Shown piece by piece: positions 1-11,000 of a stretch of 64,000 nt of DNA (position 1 is its first letter; each line of letters begins with the position of its first letter). The notes beneath the pieces were generated by a model. That model was not told the DNA's origin. It did not search any database and worked only from the letters and a program-made list of their open reading frames with translations. A program made the translations under genes and the position numbers. The stretch lies in assembly GCF_009834535.1 (NCBI RefSeq), contig NC_045697.1, positions 7,938,001-8,002,000 of the forward strand, given 5' to 3'. The DNA comes from Camelus ferus (lineage: Eukaryota).

Positions 1-349
1 TGCTGCTCAGAAACAAAACAGAGTAAAACCCGAGTTCCAATCTGGAGGGAGCTTGGTGCGATTGGCTGACACTTAACAAAGGCTTACATTGCAGTTGTTG
101 TAAACGCTATAATCACCATCTTAACAAAGTGCTATGGGAAGACTGGGAAGGAAACTATTGATTTTGTCTAGAGGAAACAAGGAGGGCATCGCAGCATAAA
201 GAATATTGGCACAAGTTACTAAAGACTAAGAATTTGTGAGATAAAAAAGGGTAAAAACATGTCAGGGAAAGGGTTTTGTATGCCTGGGCCCAACGACCTA
301 AAGTAACATGCAAGCAAGTGGATTTGTGTGTGAGATAAAGCACGACAGC

Positions 350-520
350 AAACACTTACTAGTGATTGCTGCACCAATCTAAGCGCTTTACATGTACTAA
401 CTCATTTCATCCGTACAACATTCCTGTTAGGCAGGCACCATTACCATCAACTCAGAGGTGGGAGCACTTGCTGGGACTGACGCTCTTGCAACCTGATTCT
501 GGAATCCTGCACCTTCTTTG
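350..520 (-). mobile_element. MIR SINE fragment
   Basis: 'agcgctttacatgtactaactcatttcatcc...aggcaggcaccattacc' resembles the reverse-strand MIR core. Confidence 0.65.
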
Positions 521-599
521 TCGTGCTGTAAGGCAGCCCAAGGGCTGGTAGTCAAGGATTTTGCATGATGTCATTAATAAGGACTCAAGGATTTAACCG

Positions 600-990
600 C
601 AAAAGAGAGAATCAGGTTTCTTTTAGCAAGACAGCTCTGGCAGGAGTGTCGATGACAGAAGAGAGAACGAAGTGTGAAGGGGCGGACGTCTTGTTATAAG
701 GAGGCCATGGACAAGCCATGACCTGGGCTTGATGGGGCTCAGGTCGGTGGGAATGAAGCAGACGGGGCTGATTTAATGCACTATTTAGAAAATAAAACTG
801 ATACCATTTGGGCAGCAAATGGATGTGGGTAATGAGCAGAGGAAAAAGGCAAGAACGTCTTTCAGGTTTTGGCACGTGTGACAACATGGATGACAGTCCC
901 CTTTAAGCATCATGAAGAAGGATTCAGCCAGTTCAGTCTGAGAAACACAGATGTTGAAGGATCAGTGGGGCATTCGCAACAAAATTCCCA
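600..990 (-). mobile_element. L2 LINE fragment
   Basis: Purine-rich L2 antisense signature such as 'aatggatgtggg...tcaggttttggc...acaacatggatgacagtccc'. Confidence 0.65.
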
Positions 991-1004
991 ATGGGAATCA
1001 AGCC

Positions 1005-1125
1005 CTTTCTTCCTTCCTTCTTTCTTTCTTTCTTTTCTTTCTTTCTCTCGTTCTCTTTCTTCCTTTTTCCCTTCCTTCATCCCTTTCTTCCTTCCCTCCT
1101 TCCCTCCTTCTTTGCTTCATTCCTT
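1005..1125 (+). repeat. Polypyrimidine (CCTT/CTTT)n low-complexity tract
   Basis: About 120 bp that is almost all C/T. Confidence 0.95.
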
Positions 1126-1309
1126 CTAAGTCAGGTGTTTTTGAAAATTATTGCTATAGAGATATTCTCCTGCTTTGGGAGCTGTATCTCCCACATCTTA
1201 CCAACATTGTGAACTAGATTCTCCAGAACTAGACTGTCCTTGAGTGGGAGGATTCTGTCTGTCACGTACTTGTCTCCTCGTTCAGATGGCAGAGTTCATC
1301 TCAGGAGAG

Positions 1310-1520
1310 CACAGTCCTCAAATCAGCAAACCTGGGTTTGAAAACCAGACGTGTCACTTTTAGTCAGTTTGGTCACTTAATATTTTTGAGCCTCATTTCC
1401 TCTTTTGTAAAATGGCTGTAATAACACATATCTGGTAGTGTTCATTTGGGGATTAAAAAACTAAGGTATAAAAAATTCTTAGTTGATGTCATGTAATAAC
1501 CATTCAATAAATATTAGCCA
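1310..1520 (+). mobile_element. MIR SINE
   Basis: 'cctgggtttgaaa...gagcctcatttcctcttttgtaaaatgg...tcaataaatattagc'. Confidence 0.8.
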
Positions 1521-2734
1521 GTAACTATGAGCTTGCTGGTAAGTAATGTATGTGGATGTGTGGTGCAATGTAGTTATTAAATGACTCTTACCAATTACTA
1601 ACCATAATGGGAATTAAAATGCAATAAAAATATTTGTATAGAGATTCCCTCTGCCTAGAAATTTCTCACCTTCTCCATCACTCTGAGCAGTTCCAGTGGA
1701 ACATCTGCAAGGTCTTTTTCCAATCTTCCTAGTTAAAATGATTTGCTTTCTCACCTGCAGTCCCAGGGTAATTTTATAACAACTTCTGTTACCATAATAG
1801 GCTAATTTACAATTATGCATGTGCTGAGAAGAGTCTTCTAATCAATTATTAGCTCCAAAAATATGAGTTATGCTTTATGCATCCCTTAATTCTCCAATGA
1901 CACCAAGGATACAGTTCAGTAAATGGGAGATTGGATAGGTTGAATTCCTTGGGTATAACCAGCTGCTCTAACTTGATCTTACTGAGAAAACTGCTCACAG
2001 CAGTGTTAAAAAACAATAGGAATGTTGCAGCGGCTTGATTTAGATCACTGTAACAGATGTGTGGGTGAGTGTCCCGATCCACTAGCTATGTGCATGGGAG
2101 GGCTTCTCTTTTTCTCAACGCATGCATTTGCATAAAGAAAAATTAAGAGTTCTTTTGTTTATCTCCATCCAGGCAAACAAATGCCTTTTGTTTTGCTCAG
2201 CTGGCAATATGTTGATGTTTTGTAAGTCTGCATTTATTGTCAAACTGTCCCAAGGAAATAAAAGGTCAATACCAGTGCTTGGATATAAATGCTTATAAAA
2301 TATAGACTATTAATTAGCTCCTGTGTTGGGAATTTGTGTCATGTACCTATAGAAAGAAAAATGTTGATCTGTACTATATTTTATGCTCTTATTCATAGCT
2401 TGTGTGTGTAAGAGTACAAATTGTATTAATCATTTAGGAAGGTACATTGAATACATTTTTTTATAATGTTAGTCATCCAGTGTTAATATTCTACAATATT
2501 TTCTTTCTTTTTCAGTTTTAAGAGATCAACTAAAACATTAGAATTTGCATCACAGTCTCTTTAGATTACTAGTTCCAGCCTGATTTTCCTGTCCCTTAAC
2601 CAAAGGTATTCATTAAAATGTTGTAATTTACATGTGCATCTGAAATTTATGCATGTGCCCACACGCACACACACTTATGACCAACTTGGTGTTTGCAGAA
2701 TATTGGAAGAGTGCATAACAGGACTCATTTTTAT

Positions 2735-2906
2735 TCCAGCTGTGGGAACTTGGAAATATTTCCTATCCTCTGAATCTGTTTGTCTTATTTATGAAGTAGG
2801 TAAATCATACTACCTACTTGAAGGATATAAGGATATCATGAGAATTATCAATATATGAATTCCTATGATGAACACACATATTAAGCACTCAGTAAATACT
2901 GGCTGT
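2735..2906 (+). mobile_element. MIR SINE fragment
   Basis: 'ctgtgggaacttgg...tactacctact...aagcactcagtaaatactggctg'. Confidence 0.7.
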
Positions 2907-4359
2907 ACATATAGCTTTGTGTATATTTAAATTCATAAATTTTTATGATTATGATTCATCAATTTTTATGCTTTTGAATTCAACTTTAGTTTTGGAATCC
3001 TTTCAGTGTTGATGTCAAAGGAATACTTATTAATTAATGTATTACATTTAACTTATATATAGTGTTCTCTCACATGAATACATTGTGTTTTATTTACTCA
3101 TACTCTTTCATGGACATTTAGAATTTTTTATTTTAAAAATTATTTTAGAAACAATGTAAAAGGAAAAACGTATTTATGATGACCCATAATTCAGCTTAAA
3201 ATAGTGAACTTCAAGATTTTGCAATATATGTTGTAAAAATAAGAAATATAAAGGAGAAAATGTTTCTAAATTGATGAGTTAGATTTTCAGAAGGTGGATA
3301 AGCAAGCCCCTTTGGCTTCTTTGGCTTATTAACTGTCTTCACTGAGATACGTTTTTATGTCACCTCTAGCCACGTCTGAATCTGCTCTGCTACACATTCT
3401 CTGTGGTTTGACCCAGTAGCAAGGCAGCTTAGGCTATTAGGAGTCTCAGCCCAGCCCGGAATAAATTAGCTGTGAAGTCACGTAGGTCACTCAAAGACTG
3501 CATTTCCTGTTATCCCAATAAGGGGTAACTGGTACATTAACTCTAAGCAATGGTTTTCTTTTACTTAATTTAATAATGACAAAAGATATAGCATCTTCAG
3601 AACACGCTTATGACACAGTAATTCAGACGATTTGTGTAATAAATGATGAAAGGCAAAATACAAAATTGGTTATGTTTTAATCCCAAATGCACAAAAGTAT
3701 CCCCCCCACTAAATGAAACCGCTTACGTAATGTGTTAACCGTTCAACCTCAATCAATTTCAGCTCGATTCTGGAACTAGAGTTAGCACAACAGGTAAGCA
3801 TGGGTCTTGCTGGAAAAAGTGCCAGTATTTGCAGTGGCAGAAGCAGTAATCAGAAATCTCTATCTCAGAGTATTATGAAAGCATGTTTGTAAATATGTAA
3901 AATAAATACTAGAGATGAGTTATGATTATTAATATTTAGAGTGAAGAGAAGAACATATTATTTGAATACATAATTTTCAGAAAGAAAGAAAAAAGGAAAA
4001 CCAAATCCACTGGACTGATTTACTTATAACTACATATTTGCCAATCAAATTAGACTGATTACATTACAACCCTGATGATTTAAGATTATGGAATAAAATA
4101 CATTATTGCATCCATCATTTCTCTCCCTGTAAATAACACTTTGAAACCTATAGACACAACATTAATCACACCTGATATTGAAAGCAATTTGTATTCAGAG
4201 ATGCCTGAGTGCACCACAAAGAATTTATCTTGCATCTGGTGGCGTGGATCAAACTGCAGTTCTGGTCTGCAAACGTGAAGGTCCAGAAGTCATCATTCAG
4301 ATACTCACTGAGATATGCAGAAGTCGCAGAAGCATTTTACTGATCTTGTCTCAGTAAGA

Positions 4360-4508
4360 AATCACTTCTCACCATCTGTATCCTTGCTACCTTGGTCCAG
4401 ACTACTGCCTGAATTATTTGAAAAGGTTCTGCTGTCCCCTTGTTCTCATCCTTGGTCTCCTATCATCCTCATACAGCTTTCAAAAATGATCTTACAGAAA
4501 CATGGTCC
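4360..4508 (+). mobile_element. L2 fragment
   Basis: 'cacttctcaccatct...ccttggtccagactac...aatgatctt' has L2 sense character. Confidence 0.5.
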
Positions 4509-4509
4509 A

Positions 4510-4830
4510 AAAGGCTGTAGGTGAGGCTATTCATATAACCTCATTGACTTTTCTGCTAAATACAATCAAATATACCAAAGTAAACATTTGTTAATTACCA
4601 TAAAGGTTTGGAAGAGCTGAAAAGATAATGCAAAAACTGCCAGACAGAATTTTGGAAAATTGATTGAAGCCAGGGAGGTAGCCAAACTTCTGGACATCAA
4701 ACATACATTAGGGTGATTATAAAGACCACATGCTTGAACTGAGGTTGTATGATTTACTGGAGTGATGAGGACAGAATTCCAGGCACAATGACTACTCAAC
4801 AAGGACAATCTTGTAGTCGCTTTTCCCATA
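4510..4830 (+). mobile_element. Decayed hAT (Tip100-like) transposase fragment
   Basis: 4649-4711 translates as NFGKLIEAREVAKLLDIKHTL, resembling the F..AKE.A..LDI segment of hAT transposases; stops follow. Confidence 0.45.
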
Positions 4831-4848
4831 TTAAACTGAGAACACTTC

Positions 4849-4965
4849 CAGCAGGTACAACCACACAGGTTGTATACAGCACAACTCCAAGGTGGGAGAG
4901 GGTATGCCAACACACTACAGTGTAAACTGTGTCCCCTGAGGTTGTGCCGTAGACAGGATGCAAAA
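4849..4965. mobile_element. MER91-like palindromic hAT-Tip100 MITE
   Basis: 'caggttgtatacagcacaactccaagg...cccctgaggttgtgccgtagaca' forms an imperfect inverted repeat typical of MER91. Confidence 0.55.
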
Positions 4966-5485
4966 AACATAGGAAACAACCTTCCTGGGATTCCAAAAGG
5001 CTTCACCCACAGGATAAAGGTAAACTGGAATTTTAAAAATCCTAATGTAAATTCAAGCTACTGTAGATGTGGCTGCCATGATGCTGAACAAAGTAAGGGG
5101 GGAAAAGGAAATGAAGACAAAAATGATTGTTTCCGAGAAGTTGAGTCCACCCATTAGCCTTTGTGTATATTGCGTGAGTATCTCGTGTCCATTATCTGGG
5201 TGTGTCTGGAAACATCTGTCATGGCCTCTGTTTGTAGTGGTCTCCAAGTGGTGGCATTTCCCCAGGCACCTCATGATAGCAAACACAGAGAGTCTGGAGG
5301 AGGGCATGTTTACCCCAGCTTCATGAAAACCCCCATTTTTTTTTCAGGAGGAATGCTTAGTACTTAGTCCGTGGTGTCCAGGCACTTGACGAAGGAAATG
5401 TTTAAGAAACAGTGGGACCAACAGAACATGCAGACTTCAGATCCTGGAATGTATTTACAGATGTGCATAATAAAGCGATAATGAT

Positions 5486-5920
5486 GTGGCAGACTGGTTG
5501 GATCAGTGCTTCAATCTTCCTCTGTCTGTGCCTTTTTTTCACCTTATAGTTCTTGTCATAAAAGGGAGAGTCTATTTCCCTACCCTCTGAATCTGGGCTG
5601 GGCTTGTGGCCTTGCTTTGGCTAATGGAATGCATTAGAAATGGTGATGTGCCAATTTCAAGCTAAACTCAACACTAAGTATATATCTGCTTTCTTTCTTG
5701 CTCTTTATGATCACCTTGAGGATGGACTTTAGTGAGCCTGCTGGAAAATGAGTCACGTGGAGGCAACCTGACAACCATAGTCAAGTTCGTCTTAGATCGT
5801 CCCAAAACTAGCCCAAACTACAAATGGGGGAGCAAGCCCACATTAGACCAGAAGAAAACCAGCAAACTGAGCCCAGACTAAAATACCAACATGCAGACCT
5901 GAGAGCTTACTAAACTCTAT
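5486..5920 (+). mobile_element. MaLR solo LTR (MLT1H/I/J-like)
   Basis: Starts 'tgtggcagact'; contains 'gaatctgggctgggcttgtggccttgctttggctaatggaatg' and 'ctgagcccagactaaa'. Confidence 0.8.
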
Positions 5921-6016
5921 TCCACTTTTTGATCTCTTGCCCCTCAGTTCTGAACGTACCCCTCGAAAACTGCAGGAAATTGTTTTAAGCGTTTCTCCTT
6001 TACTACGAAAGCTTTG

Positions 6017-6038
6017 ACTGTAGAGGGCGCTCTACAGT
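6017..6038 (+). promoter_or_regulatory. Candidate CTCF site inside a 9-bp-arm inverted repeat
   Basis: ACTGTAGAGGGCGC matches CCASYAGRKGGCRS at 12/14; ACTGTAGAG-ggcg-CTCTACAGT is a perfect hairpin; local CpG cluster. Confidence 0.45.
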
Positions 6039-6329
6039 GAAAAACGTCGCGCACAATGTTACGCTTTCCTGGTAGACCATGCTAGAGGGATATTTCGGAA
6101 GGAAGAGGCCATTCTTCCTGATTGTGGGGGCAGTGTGGTTCCCAAGGCTGGTGTGAGGATGTGTCCAGAACACAGTCCCTCTGCACCCACGCAGCCCTGG
6201 GTTGGCCCAGTAATCATTTCATGTGCCCCACCCCTCAACAGGGACACTGGATACTCCTGGCCTGTGATGCTCAAAGGTGTCTCCGCTGTCTGTCTTAATA
6301 AGTCCTTCCTTTTTCTATTCTTTTAAAGA

Positions 6330-6850
6330 TGTTCTGCATTTTTTCTAATATGTGTATAGAGGAGTGTGTGTGTGATTAAGCCATATCTAATTTATTTTAG
6401 TGTGTAACGTGAGTTGATTATGTTATTATTTCATACGGAAAAGCACAGCTACCCTAATACTGTATGTTAAATAAATGACAGTCTGTCCTTTCCCCACGGG
6501 TATTTCTAGCAGGTTTCAAATTCCCGTAAATGCTTGAGTTCCCATTTCTAGGCTCTGTACCTCTCCTTGTGTATCTACCACTTTGCAGATATCACACTGC
6601 CTTAAACAGTACGGCTTTCAAACTGTGTTTCATAATGCAGGTCTACTTTTCCTGTGTTCTCTCCTCTCCTCTAGAGTTATCATAGCTAATTTGAACCTTG
6701 ATTTTTAATATAAATTTTAAATTCACTTGATAAATCAGGCGCCAAAGCATATGGAGGTTTTATTGGAACTGTTCCAAATGCATTATCAATCCAGGAAAAA
6801 GATGTCATATCTTGGTAAAATTGAGTATTTCAACAACGTTCTGTGACATT
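6330..6850 (-). mobile_element. Old L1 (L1M) ORF2/3' fragment
   Basis: Antisense L1 motifs 'atatcacactgccttaa', 'ttttattggaactgt' and 'aaaattgagtattt'. Confidence 0.65.
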
Positions 6851-7129
6851 TCCCTCAAGGGTTAATTTCTCACAAGTGTGTGTTTAGCTTGGTTTAGATC
6901 TTGGGTCACAGCAGGCAAGTCCACGTGGTGGTGTAGCCTCACTTGGATCCAGTCGCTGGTGGATGGACTAAACTTCAAGAACTTGTTGTAGGAAAAGCCA
7001 AATGAGTTGTTTCTAAAAATCCTTCTCCACCGTTTCGTCATGTTTTCTTCCCTATACTCTAAAACATTTGTTTCATGATAGTCTCCTTAAAGTGAATTAC
7101 GATAGCAGAATTTATCCACCTTACCAACA

Positions 7130-7235
7130 CTACTCTTATTATTTATCAAATTCTTACTAAGGGACAAACACAATGTAAAATGCTTCAAGTGTGTTTGCTC
7201 ATGCAGTTTGCACAAAAACATTATAAAATAGGACC
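7130..7235 (-). mobile_element. MIR fragment (left half of a split MIR)
   Basis: 'ttatttatcaaattcttacta...tgctcatgcagtttgcacaaaaacattataaaatagg'. Confidence 0.5.
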
Positions 7236-7547
7236 GGTGGTCAGGCATGCTCACAAGGGTAGACCTACTGGTTGTTAAAATATTGAAATGTTTCCATTAC
7301 AAATCATAAATGGCTACTTCCTAAGTGTCCTGTGGTTTTTTTTCCTGGTCAACCATGTCAGCGCTCTCAGGGCTCCCCACGATGCAGCAAATGAGAAGGT
7401 GCACCTGCCCAGCTGGGGCTCCAGTTACCCACACCAGCGCTGTAGCCGGCGTCCTTTCTAGGTAGTCAGGGCCTCTACTGCACTACTCATTAATAATTTG
7501 GACATCACCCCTGGCCATGGGTATTTTGTCCTATCAATATTCAGCAC
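7236..7547. mobile_element. Possible hAT-Blackjack (MER63-like) DNA element
   Basis: 'cggtggtc...actggttgttaaaatattgaaa' resembles the MER63-type terminus; it interrupts a MIR. Confidence 0.3.
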
Positions 7548-8096
7548 TGTGGTGAGACCAGCCCTTGTAGTTCTTGTTATGACTGCAAGATGCTCTACAG
7601 CAGTAACCATCAGGAAATTGTGAAAAAAATAAAGATTTATTACTTAGAAGACCTGGAAATTCCAGAGCACACCTGGGACCACACAGTAAAGTCACAGGCA
7701 GAGAGGGAGAGACAGAGACAGAGAAAGAGAAGAGGGCACAGGCCTGGGGTTCTGCTTTTATTGGGGTCAAGGGTGGGGGCCCAGGGTTTCATGGGCTCCC
7801 TTTTCATTGGCAAATTTAAAACATAAGAGTAGGAATTCACAGCAAGAGAAGAGGGGGAAAAAAGTTGCCAAATTATCAGTAATTAAAATTAACCAAGATC
7901 TCTAAAACAAAGGAGCCTTGGAGGGGGGAGGCTGGCAATGTGTTATTCGAGATAGCGCAGTCTTTGAAGCTGACGCTTCTTTGAAATAGATGCCTGGACA
8001 GTGAAAGCTGAAATCAGGCATTAGCATTATTAAAGACAAACAAACAAGCAAACGACCCAAAACAACAACAAAAATCTTGTCAGGGCTTATACTACA
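7548..8096 (-). mobile_element. ERVL-class solo LTR (MER54/MER74/LTR53-like)
   Basis: TG...CA ends ('tgtggtgagaccagccc' ... 'gtcagggcttatactaca'); antisense poly(A) signal (tttatt) and 'ctgcttttattggggtc'. Confidence 0.7.
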
Positions 8097-8210
8097 CTCC
8101 ATTTTGCAAATGAGAAAATTCAAGTTTAGAAAGATAACTGGAACATTTGAAGTCATGCGACTTTTTGTTGTCAGACATAAAATTCAACCCAACTCTGTCG
8201 AATGAAACAC
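8097..8210 (-). mobile_element. MIR fragment (right half of the split MIR)
   Basis: 'ccattttgcaaatgagaaaattcaag...aaattcaacccaactctgtc'. Confidence 0.65.
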
Positions 8211-9114
8211 AAGTCGTTAGGTACAAATCGCAATCAGTTTACGCAGCAGAATCGGCAGTCTCACAGTCCTTTGAAAAACGCCCCCCTCCCCCCACCTCAG
8301 GTCACAAACAGCATTGGGAAAGATCTTAGATGACTGGCTCTGAAGTTTCAAACATTTATTTCTTAGACCCTCTGTCTTTCAATGTGTTTAGATACAGCCA
8401 TAAAATATAACACATAGTCAAATTATTTATAAATTTCAACAGCTTTCAGATCCATCTGTTTACTGATGTCCTTTAACTTTATAAATCATTTTGTCCATCC
8501 TCGAAAAAACAGGATTCATCAGCTACGTGTCAAAATTTCTTTAGGTTGCCAATCATTTCTTCTCTGAATGAAATATATCACCTTTAGAGTCACAGCTGGC
8601 TATATGGAGATGAGGAAACTAACATGGCGGCACAGCATCTCAGAATGCCACTGTCAAATAATACCAAATTTCAGTTAAACAAAAAGAACTGAAAAGAGCA
8701 CAACATTTCAAAGTATTTGAAACAATTACCTCTGACTATATTTTACTTCATTCAATGAATGCTTAATAAATTTTTCTGTAATCTAATATGCACAAAGATG
8801 ATTATAGCAGAATAATTTATACTTGTGTCCCAAAGTCCTTTACTTCTATAAAGCCTTCTGTACCAATTTAGGTAAAAGATTATGTATGTGACATTTGGAA
8901 ACTACAGCTGGTGATGGTCCCTATCGTATATGACGTTGGCTGGTCTACAGTGAAAGAAAATAGGGACACATAGAGAGAAACTGAGATTATCTTATAGTAG
9001 CTGTGTTCTGTGCTCGAATTTGTCCCTAAGTCTTAGGTAAGTCTTCGCTCTTATCAAAGTTTGCTTATGAAAACCATATTTAGATTCCATGAACTAAACT
9101 TCCAACCTTTATTA

Positions 9115-9730
9115 TGGAAGGCCCTGTGGCTAGAGAAGACCAAATGAGGGTAGAAGTAATAGGAGATGGAGTCAGAGAGATAAAGGGCGATCACATTTGG
9201 AGATGTCTTGAGGTCATGGTAATCCAATAAACATAAATTTAAGCACATCCCTTTTCGTTATCATTATAAAAAGTACATTATATTACTGGCAATTGGGAGA
9301 CAATCTTTGCACCCTTACAAATCGGTCCTGCTAATTCAGAAAGCAAGTAACAAAATGCATATGAAATTTAGAGACGTGTATACACATAATTCTGGATAAA
9401 GAGTTTCTATATAGTGGATCATCGCCTTAGGTAATATATCCTAAGTAGAAAATGGCAACAATCCAAGCAAGAAGGAAAAGTAGTTCAGATCAAAAAGGGC
9501 AGTGGAAGGAGAAGTCATTACACTGGGTTGGTAGAGCTGCCAGAGTGTGTTGAGAAGCTGAATGTGGTGCTTAAGATAAAAATAAGAGTCAAAAAGGACA
9601 CCAAGATATTTGGCTTTAACAACTGGGAGAATGGAGTTGCCCTTCACTGAGATGGAGAGACAGTAGAAAGGGCTGGTTTGGAAGAAAATATAAGTCGACC
9701 GGTTTTATACACATTAGTTTCAGATGCCAG
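9115..9730 (-). mobile_element. L2 fragments (interrupted at about 9225-9450)
   Basis: 'aggagatggagtcagagag' and 'aagagtcaaaaaggacaccaagatatttggctttaacaactgggagaatggagttgcc'. Confidence 0.75.
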
Positions 9731-9822
9731 CACCCCTGTGCACCTGTCCTTAGCCATACTCATCTGTTTAGCTTTCCCTCCTGTCATAAAAAAGGAATCC
9801 TAGTTTCTACATTGGTCTCATT

Positions 9823-9960
9823 ATTTATTTAATTTTTTTTTTTAATTTTAAGGGGAGGTAGTTAGGTTTATTTATTTATTTTGACAGAGGCACCAGGGAT
9901 TGAACCCAGGACCTTGTGCATGCTAAGCACATGCTCTATTACTGAGCTATGCCCTTCCCC
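9823..9960 (-). mobile_element. Camelid-type tRNA-Ala-derived SINE (Vic-1-like) with TSD
   Basis: Reverse complement GGGGAAGGGCATAGCTCAGTAATAGAGCATGTGCTTAGCATGCACAAGGTCCTGGGTTCAATCCC has A/B boxes and an A-rich tail; TSD ttggtctcatt at 9812-9822 and 9964-9974. Confidence 0.9.
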
Positions 9961-10139
9961 AACTTGGTCTCATTCTTGTGATGATGGTATTGTTTCATCT
10001 GAACACACATTATATTGACTTGATGTTGGACATCATGAATCACTCTGTGAAACTACATACAGAAACTTCACATCACGGATGAAGTCAGACTACATACAAA
10101 TAGACATTTTCAAGAAGAAGAGAAAAGTAAGATTGTCTG

Positions 10140-10320
10140 GGTACTTATTTAGTTTGCCCTGTCATTACATCTCATAACAGTAATGTGAAATGAGAACTAG
10201 CATTGTTCTTTTTCATACATAATGAAATTGAGATGCAAAATTGTTGAGCAAAATTGTTGCCCCAAATCACACAGTTAGAAAGTTATACCTTTAGGTTAAA
10301 ACATCGTTTCTTTCAAATCT
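10140..10320 (-). mobile_element. MIR fragment
   Basis: 'aatgaaattgagatgcaaaa...ttgccccaaatcacacagttagaaagt'. Confidence 0.65.
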
Positions 10321-10599
10321 CTTAATTTCTGCTATATCTTTTGATATATTTATATCTTTGTGCATGAATCACTTTTTATTTCAAGTTGGTAATGGATGGG
10401 TTAATTCGGTGCTATTGTGGTGTATAAATCATCTAAGTAGAGCACATTTAAAGGGAGTCTGAGCGCATGAGCTTTAGGCACGGCACTCTGCATCACATAA
10501 GGTGTTTTATCAATTTATTCATTCATCATGATAATTTAATTACCGCCATCACATTTCACAAAACTACATTATAGACACAAAGGTTGTATGTCAAGAATT

Positions 10600-11000
10600 C
10601 TTGTTTACTGGACTTTGGAAATAAAGCTGAAATAAATTAAATAAAAAAATAATGCCTGGCTTATGTAATTAAATACAAAATAGTGACATAGGAAGGTAAA
10701 GAAACAAATAATGTACAAAGCAGGTATGTAGGGACAACTGGATCCACTAAAATGAACTCTCTGTCTCATCCCTGTACACAAGCATTATTCTTTTAAACAA
10801 AACAGCAGTTCCTTAACCTAACAATGAGCAGCTTTGCCATCAGAGAGACTAAAATTTTTCCCCCGGACTCTAGTTCAGAAGTGTTTGGAAAGGAATTCTA
10901 ATTGGCGTGTCTTGGTCATACGTTCACCCTCTGGTGGATTTGTTGTGGGCAAGAACCAGGTGTGCACACAGAGGGTCCCTCCTAACTTCGCTGTTGGAGT
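10600..11000 (-). mobile_element. Very old MaLR LTR remnant (MLT1K/L-like)
   Basis: 'ggaaaggaattctaattggcgtgtcttggtcatacgttcaccctctgg' resembles the antisense MLT1K/L core. Confidence 0.4.

Noticed and set aside
869..1217. Three overlapping F/S/L/P-rich ORFs
   Set aside because: Artefact of the stop-free polypyrimidine repeat.
9823..9960. tRNA-Ala-like sequences (also 32967-33086 and 61318-61454)
   Set aside because: They have SINE-type A-rich tails, clear TSDs in two of the three copies, and mismatched stems. They are SINEs, not tRNA genes.
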